64,000 nucleotides of DNA from a virus: the IMG/VR virus record IMGVR_UViG_3300037760_000114, positions 32,001 to 96,000 of that record; one strand, given 5' to 3'. The translations under genes were made by a program, and so were the position numbers. Shown piece after piece: positions 60,723-64,000 of this stretch; positions within the stretch are counted from its first letter, which is position 1; each line of letters starts with the position of its first letter. The notes under the pieces were generated by a model. It was not told where the DNA came from, searched no databases, and worked only from the letters and a program-made list of their open reading frames with translations.

Positions 60723-60796
60723 TACCCCCGACAGGACTCGAACCTGCCGCCTCCTGGTTCGTAGCCAGGTGCTCTATCCAGATGAGCTACGGGGGC
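60723..60796 (-). tRNA. tRNA-Arg(ACG)
   Basis: Loop CTACGAA. Confidence 0.85.
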
Positions 60797-60797
60797 A

Positions 60798-60873
60798 TGG
60801 TGGGCCACCCAGGAGTTGAACCTGGCGATGCCGACATATCAGATCGGTCTCGTCACCGGCTGAGTCGTGACCC
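60798..60873 (-). tRNA. tRNA-Ile(GAT)
   Basis: Loop CTGATAT, ACCA. Confidence 0.8.
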
Positions 60874-60874
60874 G

Positions 60875-60956
60875 TGGTGGACCATCCCGGAGTCGAACCG
60901 GGTTCCGCTGCCGTACCGTCATGCGGTCTTCGGCAGCGTCGAAACCTTCATGGCCC
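60875..60956 (-). ncRNA. Minimal tmRNA tRNA-like domain lacking the mRNA domain
   Basis: GGGCCAT-GAAGGTTTCGAC-GCTGCCG...CGGCAGC-GGAA-CCCGG TTCGACT CCGGG-ATGGTCC-ACCA; G3.U70; no D stem. Confidence 0.75.
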
Positions 60957-60960
60957 TCGG

Positions 60961-61045
60961 CGGACAGTGAGGGATTCGAACCCCCGGTGGTTTCCCACTC
61001 CGCGCTAGCAACGCGGCGCCTTAAGCCGGGCTCGGCCAACTGTCC
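60961..61045 (-). tRNA. tRNA-Ser(GCT)
   Basis: Loop TTGCTAG, long variable arm. Confidence 0.85.
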
Positions 61046-61046
61046 T

Positions 61047-61131
61047 TGGGCGTTCGGCCTCTCCTACGACCCCCAACGGGATCGCGCACCCACATGGGGC
61101 TGCGATTGCAGCGCCTATCCCATAGCCGAAC
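61047..61131 (-). ncRNA. Unknown ~85-nt structured RNA
   Basis: Closing stem GTTCGGC/GCCGAAC, internal hairpins, no T-loop consensus. Confidence 0.4.
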
Positions 61132-61147
61132 TAGTGGGTCCCTAGCG

Positions 61148-61221
61148 CGCCTCGTACGGGACTCGAACCCGTGCATCTCCTCCTTGACAGGGAGGCGTCC
61201 ACTCCACTGGACCGACGAGGC
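61148..61221 (-). tRNA. tRNA-Asp(GTC)
   Basis: Loop CTGTCAA. Confidence 0.85.
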
Positions 61222-61226
61222 ATACG

Positions 61227-61300
61227 TACCCGGGACACGATTCGAACGTGCACTGTGCTGGTTCTAAGCCAGCCGCCTCCTGCCGTTGGGCTACCCGGGC
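61227..61300 (-). tRNA. tRNA-Leu(TAG), short variable loop
   Basis: Loop CTTAGAA. Confidence 0.8.
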
Positions 61301-61301
61301 A

Positions 61302-61377
61302 TGGTGGAGAAGAGCGGACTCGAACCGCTTGCCTCCGCTTTGCAAGAGCGGCGCTCTACCTGATGAGCTACATCCCC
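61302..61377 (-). tRNA. tRNA-Ala(TGC)
   Basis: Loop CTTGCAA, G3.U70, ACCA. Confidence 0.85.
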
Positions 61378-61378
61378 G

Positions 61379-61454
61379 TGGAGCCGGTGACGCGGATCGA
61401 ACGCGCTCCCTCCTGCGTACGAAGCAGGCGCACTACCTTCAGTGCTTCACCGGC
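61379..61454 (-). tRNA. tRNA-Thr(CGT)
   Basis: Loop TTCGTAC, CCA. Confidence 0.85.
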
Positions 61455-61455
61455 A

Positions 61456-61590
61456 GGGTAGGCCGCCCGGACTTGAACCGGGCATCTCCCGCTGCCCGCC
61501 CTCTGGCGGGACTCGCCCGGTGCTCCATCGGGTTCCCTAGGCTCCGATGGTCTTAGGCGGCAGGCGACTTGCCGTTAGTCGATTGGCCCA
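61456..61590 (-). ncRNA. tRNA-like RNA with a 67-nt structured insert in place of the anticodon loop
   Basis: D arm GACT-AACGGCA-AGTC, stem CCTGC/GCGGG, T arm CCCGG TTCAAGT CCGGG; insert 61493-61559. Confidence 0.6.
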
Positions 61591-61594
61591 CGTA

Positions 61595-61663
61595 AGCCGG
61601 CGGCGCGAGTCGAACGCGCGGCTGCCGCCTTACAAGGGCGGTGCACCACCGTGGCTCGCCGGC
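61595..61663 (-). tRNA. tRNA-Thr(TGT), reduced D arm
   Basis: Loop CTTGTAA. Confidence 0.75.
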
Positions 61664-61667
61664 ATCG

Positions 61668-61740
61668 CTGGGAGCCCAGGATTCGAACCTGAACCGACGG
61701 TTTCAGAGACCGCCGTGCTGCCGGATTACACCAGCTCCCA
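61668..61740 (-). tRNA. tRNA-Gln(CTG)
   Basis: Loop CTCTGAA. Confidence 0.85.
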
Positions 61741-61775
61741 ATGACCCGGCCGGGCCTAGTCATCCCGGCCGGGGT

Positions 61776-62228
61776 TCAGCGCGAGGTCACCGACGCCCAC
61801 GACGGGGCAGCCGGCCTGACCCGCAGCACCATGCCCGCCTCGGCGGGGGTGCGGTCACCCTTGCGCTGGTTGCACGGCCCGCACGCGGCGACCGTGTTGC
61901 GCCAGGTGTTCCGGCCGCCGCGGGCACGCGGGACGATGTGGTCAACGGTGCTGGCCGTGGCCGGGCAGTAGCCGCAGCGGCGCTGGTCGCGGGCGAGCAC
62001 ACCAGTCCGGGACCAGGCGGGGCCGGCGGTGTACCGCCACTTCGTGACCACGTAGTTGACCAGCCGCAGCACCCTCGGCACAGGCCAGACTCCGATGATC
62101 CGGTCCGGTTCACCTTCGTGGACCACTGCGACCTGCCGGACGAGCATCCGGATCGCGTGCCGGAAGGACACCCGGTGCAGCGGGCCAAGATCAGCGTTCA
62201 AGACGAGTACGGCGTCCACCGGGTTCAC
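61776..62228 (-). CDS. HNH endonuclease inside the tRNA array
   Basis: VLVLNAD..PL, RDQRRCGYC, TVDHIVPRARGG..TWRNTVAACGPCNQRKG; SD AGGAGG. Confidence 0.9.
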   Translation of the reverse strand: MNPVDAVLVLNADLGPLHRVSFRHAIRMLVRQVAVVHEGEPDRIIGVWPVPRVLRLVNYVVTKWRYTAGPAWSRTGVLARDQRRCGYCPATASTVDHIVPRARGGRNTWRNTVAACGPCNQRKGDRTPAEAGMVLRVRPAAPSWASVTSR

Positions 62229-62247
62229 CTCCTGTCGTGGTGGGCGC

Positions 62248-62321
62248 TGGAGCGGCTACGGGGAATCGAACCCCGGTCTGCTGCATGGCAAGCAGCCGCA
62301 CTGCCGTTGTGCTACAGCCGC
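62248..62321 (-). tRNA. tRNA-Gly(GCC)
   Basis: Loop TTGCCAT, TCCA. Confidence 0.85.
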
Positions 62322-62326
62322 ATGAG

Positions 62327-62400
62327 AGCCATCGGCGCGATTCGAACGCGCGGCCTTCCGCTTACCGGGCGGACGCTCTAACCACCTGAGCTACGACGGC
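62327..62400 (-). tRNA. tRNA-Thr(GGT)
   Basis: Loop CCGGTAA. Confidence 0.8.
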
Positions 62401-62401
62401 G

Positions 62402-62478
62402 TGGTACTCCGGGTGCGATTCGAACGCACACTGTGCGCGGTTTGAACGCGCCGCCTCCTGCCGTTGGGCTACCGGAGC
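62402..62478 (-). tRNA. tRNA-Leu(CAA), short variable loop
   Basis: Loop TTCAAAC, ACCA. Confidence 0.8.
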
Positions 62479-62483
62479 ACGAG

Positions 62484-62554
62484 CTGAGGGCGGAGGATTC
62501 GAACCCCCACAGCTGGGACCAAAACCCAGCGACCTGCCGTTAGTCGAGCCCTCA
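62484..62554 (-). tRNA. tRNA-Gln(TTG)
   Basis: Loop TTTTGGT. Confidence 0.85.
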
Positions 62555-62559
62555 ACGAG

Positions 62560-62631
62560 AGCGAGCGGCGGGAGTCGAACCCGCTACGTCTGTTTGGAAG
62601 ACAGAAGTGTCACCACCAACACCTCGCTCGC
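62560..62631 (-). tRNA. tRNA-Gly(TCC)
   Basis: Loop CTTCCAA. Confidence 0.85.
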
Positions 62632-62636
62632 ATGAG

Positions 62637-62710
62637 TAGGCCGTACGGGGCTCGAACCCGTAACCTCTGCGCTGAGAACGCAGTGAGCTGCCAGCTTGCT
62701 CCAACGGCCC
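62637..62710 (-). tRNA. tRNA-Glu(CTC)
   Basis: Loop TTCTCAG. Confidence 0.85.
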
Positions 62711-62713
62711 AAG

Positions 62714-62774
62714 GGCGCCGGGCAGGGTGTGTACCCCTGCGCTGTCCGGACACTGCATCAGCACTTCCGGCGCC
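62714..62774 (-). ncRNA. 61-nt anticodon-less tRNA-shaped RNA
   Basis: GGCGCCGG/CCGGCGCC stem stacked on the GCAGGG-GTACACA-CCCTGC hairpin. Confidence 0.4.
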
Positions 62775-62776
62775 AG

Positions 62777-62849
62777 TGCTCGTGGCCGGGATCGAACCGG
62801 CGGCCTCCGGGACTTCACGCCGGCGCTCAACCTGCTGAGCTTCACGAGC
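62777..62849 (-). tRNA. tRNA-Phe(GAA)
   Basis: Loop GTGAAGT; 31:39 mismatch. Confidence 0.7.
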
Positions 62850-62850
62850 A

Positions 62851-62925
62851 TGGTGGACCACAAGGGGATCGAACCCTTCACAGAGTGTCTGCCAGACGCT
62901 CCCGCACACCAGTGACGTGCGGCCC
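62851..62925 (-). tRNA. tRNA-Ala(GGC)
   Basis: Loop CTGGCAG, G3.U70, ACCA. Confidence 0.75.
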
Positions 62926-62930
62926 ATGAG

Positions 62931-63003
62931 TCGGGAACCGGGGAGTCGAACCCCGCACTTCCTGCTCCCAAGGCAGGCCCGGTCACCGCGCCGGTCGCCC
63001 CCG
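62931..63003 (-). tRNA. tRNA-Pro(TGG)
   Basis: Loop CTTGGGA. Confidence 0.75.
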
Positions 63004-63092
63004 ATGCCCCGGCGCGACGATGCGCGCCGGGTCTCATGCCATCCACTGTGCAGATATCAACTTCCGATCCCACCGGCCGTAGCCGGGAGAAG

Positions 63093-63167
63093 CAGGGGCG
63101 ACAGGATTCGAACCTGCGGCTTGCGGGTTTGGAGTCCGCTGCTCTGACCGTGCTGAGCTACACCCCT
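63093..63167 (-). tRNA. tRNA-Trp(CCA)
   Basis: Loop CTCCAAA. Confidence 0.85.
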
Positions 63168-63189
63168 ATGTTCAGTTGTCCAGGTACGA

Positions 63190-63224
63190 GAAACGCCGCC
63201 CTTCCCGGTCTGGGTGGGCGGCGC
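63190..63224 (-). terminator. Attenuator terminator hairpin
   Basis: GCGCCGCCC...GGGCGGCGT followed by a short U run. Confidence 0.55.
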
Positions 63225-63246
63225 CTGCGCGTCTGGTTGGTCTGCG

Positions 63247-63366
63247 CTAAACGCGCCACCGCCCCGTATTCAGCTGCTCGATCGCTCGGGGGTACCCGTG
63301 CGTCGGGCACGGCCTACCGGCGAGCGGCATCGACCGCTTCGCTTCGGTTGAGCTGCGCCACAACAT
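63247..63366 (-). CDS. 39-aa leader peptide of the tRNA/rtcB operon
   Basis: SD GAGGGAG; MLWRSSTEAKRSMPLAGRPCPTHGYPRAIEQLNTGRWRV*. Confidence 0.55.
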   Translation of the reverse strand: MLWRSSTEAKRSMPLAGRPCPTHGYPRAIEQLNTGRWRV

Positions 63367-63398
63367 CCTGGTCTCTCCCTCGGTTCGGTTCGAATCTC

Positions 63399-63495
63399 AC
63401 TCTACGGCCGGTGATCGGCGGAGGCAACGGACTTCCGCTGTTGCCGCCGCGTGTCGGCTAACTACAACTCTAACAGCGCGCGCTGTAATATGCAA
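63399..63495 (-). promoter_or_regulatory. Tandem sigma70-type promoters
   Basis: TTGCAT-17-TAGAGT (63495-63467) and TTGCCT-17-TAGAGT (63427-63399); palindrome ACAGCGCGCGCTGT at 63473-63486. Confidence 0.65.
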
Positions 63496-63497
63496 GG

Positions 63498-63719
63498 GTG
63501 GAACCTGAGATGATCGTCGGAAACCTCGCAGCAGCAGCATACGTCGGTGTCGGCCCCTCAACCTGGCGCGCGTACGTCGCCCGAGGGCAGGCACCCCAGC
63601 CGGAGGAACAACGGGAAGTAGTCGGCGGCCACGCCCTGCCGCGCTGGCGACGAACCGAACTCGACGCCTGGTTAGCGGACCGGCCGGGGAAATCGGGCCG
63701 CCCACGGGGACGGGTCTGA
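63498..63719 (+). CDS. AlpA/excisionase-like HTH protein
   Basis: AAAAYVGVGPSTWRAYVARGQAPQP...PRWRRTELDAW; leaderless start after TAATAT. Confidence 0.75.
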   Translation: MEPEMIVGNLAAAAYVGVGPSTWRAYVARGQAPQPEEQREVVGGHALPRWRRTELDAWLADRPGKSGRPRGRV

Positions 63720-63729
63720 CCGCCGCCAG

Positions 63730-64000
63730 TCAGAACAGCCGGCCCGCCCCGGGTAGCCACAGCACATCCGCCACCGGCTCCGGCGGAGTGACACGCGGCG
63801 GCGGGTCGATCCGCTGGCAGCCGTCGGAGCCGCACAGCCACATCGGCGCAGGCGGGTACTCCAGGTAGAACATGGTCGGCGTCACCCCGCACAACTCGGC
63901 CAGCGCCCGCACCTGATCCGCAGTGGGTACCAGCTCCCCCGTCTCCCACAGATCCACCGTCGGCTCCTGCACCCCGAGGGCGCGGTCTACTTCGGGTCCC
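63730..64000 (-). CDS. XRE-like HTH protein (partial)
   Basis: EPTVDLWETGELVPT.DQVRALAELCGV. Confidence 0.65.
   Translation of the reverse strand, partial: GPEVDRALGVQEPTVDLWETGELVPTADQVRALAELCGVTPTMFYLEYPPAPMWLCGSDGCQRIDPPPRVTPPEPVADVLWLPGAGRLF

Larger units (their letters stand above)
1..64000. mobile_element. Temperate actinophage genome/prophage segment; both ends probably lie outside the window
   Basis: Head and packaging genes, replication/recombination genes, cro-repressor switch, attP-like site and integrase; no host housekeeping synteny seen. Confidence 0.9.

Noticed and set aside
60171-61590. Y RNA (YrlA) identity for the odd RNAs near rtcB
   Set aside because: No Ro/Rsr gene in the window, and I could not find the permuted T/D arrangement or the Rsr-binding stem; not excluded without an Infernal search
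59175-63461. Listed ORFs overlapping the tRNA array (other than the HNH gene)
   Set aside because: They overlap well-formed tRNA genes and show no protein motifs

Overview
High-GC actinobacterial temperate siphovirus region; WhiB and SsgA point to a sporulating host such as Micromonosporaceae (inference). Almost all genes are on the minus strand. Left to right: head-tail adaptor (partial); a five-enzyme glycan/polymer modification cassette; capsid, scaffold, minor head protein, portal, TerL, TerS and HNH; about 40 kb of early/accessory genes (Xer-like recombinase with a dif-like site, replication initiator, DEDD exonuclease, DUF5131, RusA, WhiB, SsgA, AAA ATPase, helicase-methylase, two opposite-strand Phd/nuclease cassettes); the cro/repressor switch; an attP-like tRNA-Arg(TCT) 3' half and a tyrosine integrase; then rtcB and a ~4 kb array of 37 tRNA genes covering all 20 amino acids, interspersed with an HNH gene and non-tRNA structured RNAs. 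Top candidate system (52476-54661): a stand-alone Cas7/RAMP-like gene flanked on both sides by non-coding arrays of 5-nt GG(C/A/T)-NN units. The arrays are cut into tracts by six ~40-nt tRNA-elbow mimics, suggesting a non-CRISPR RNA-guided system. Also notable: an 82-nt tmRNA tRNA-like domain with no mRNA domain, a tRNA body with a 67-nt structured insert replacing the anticodon loop, and a codon-diverse leader-peptide attenuator upstream of the tRNA/RtcB operon. All calls come from manual reading and motif recognition; no database searches were run.
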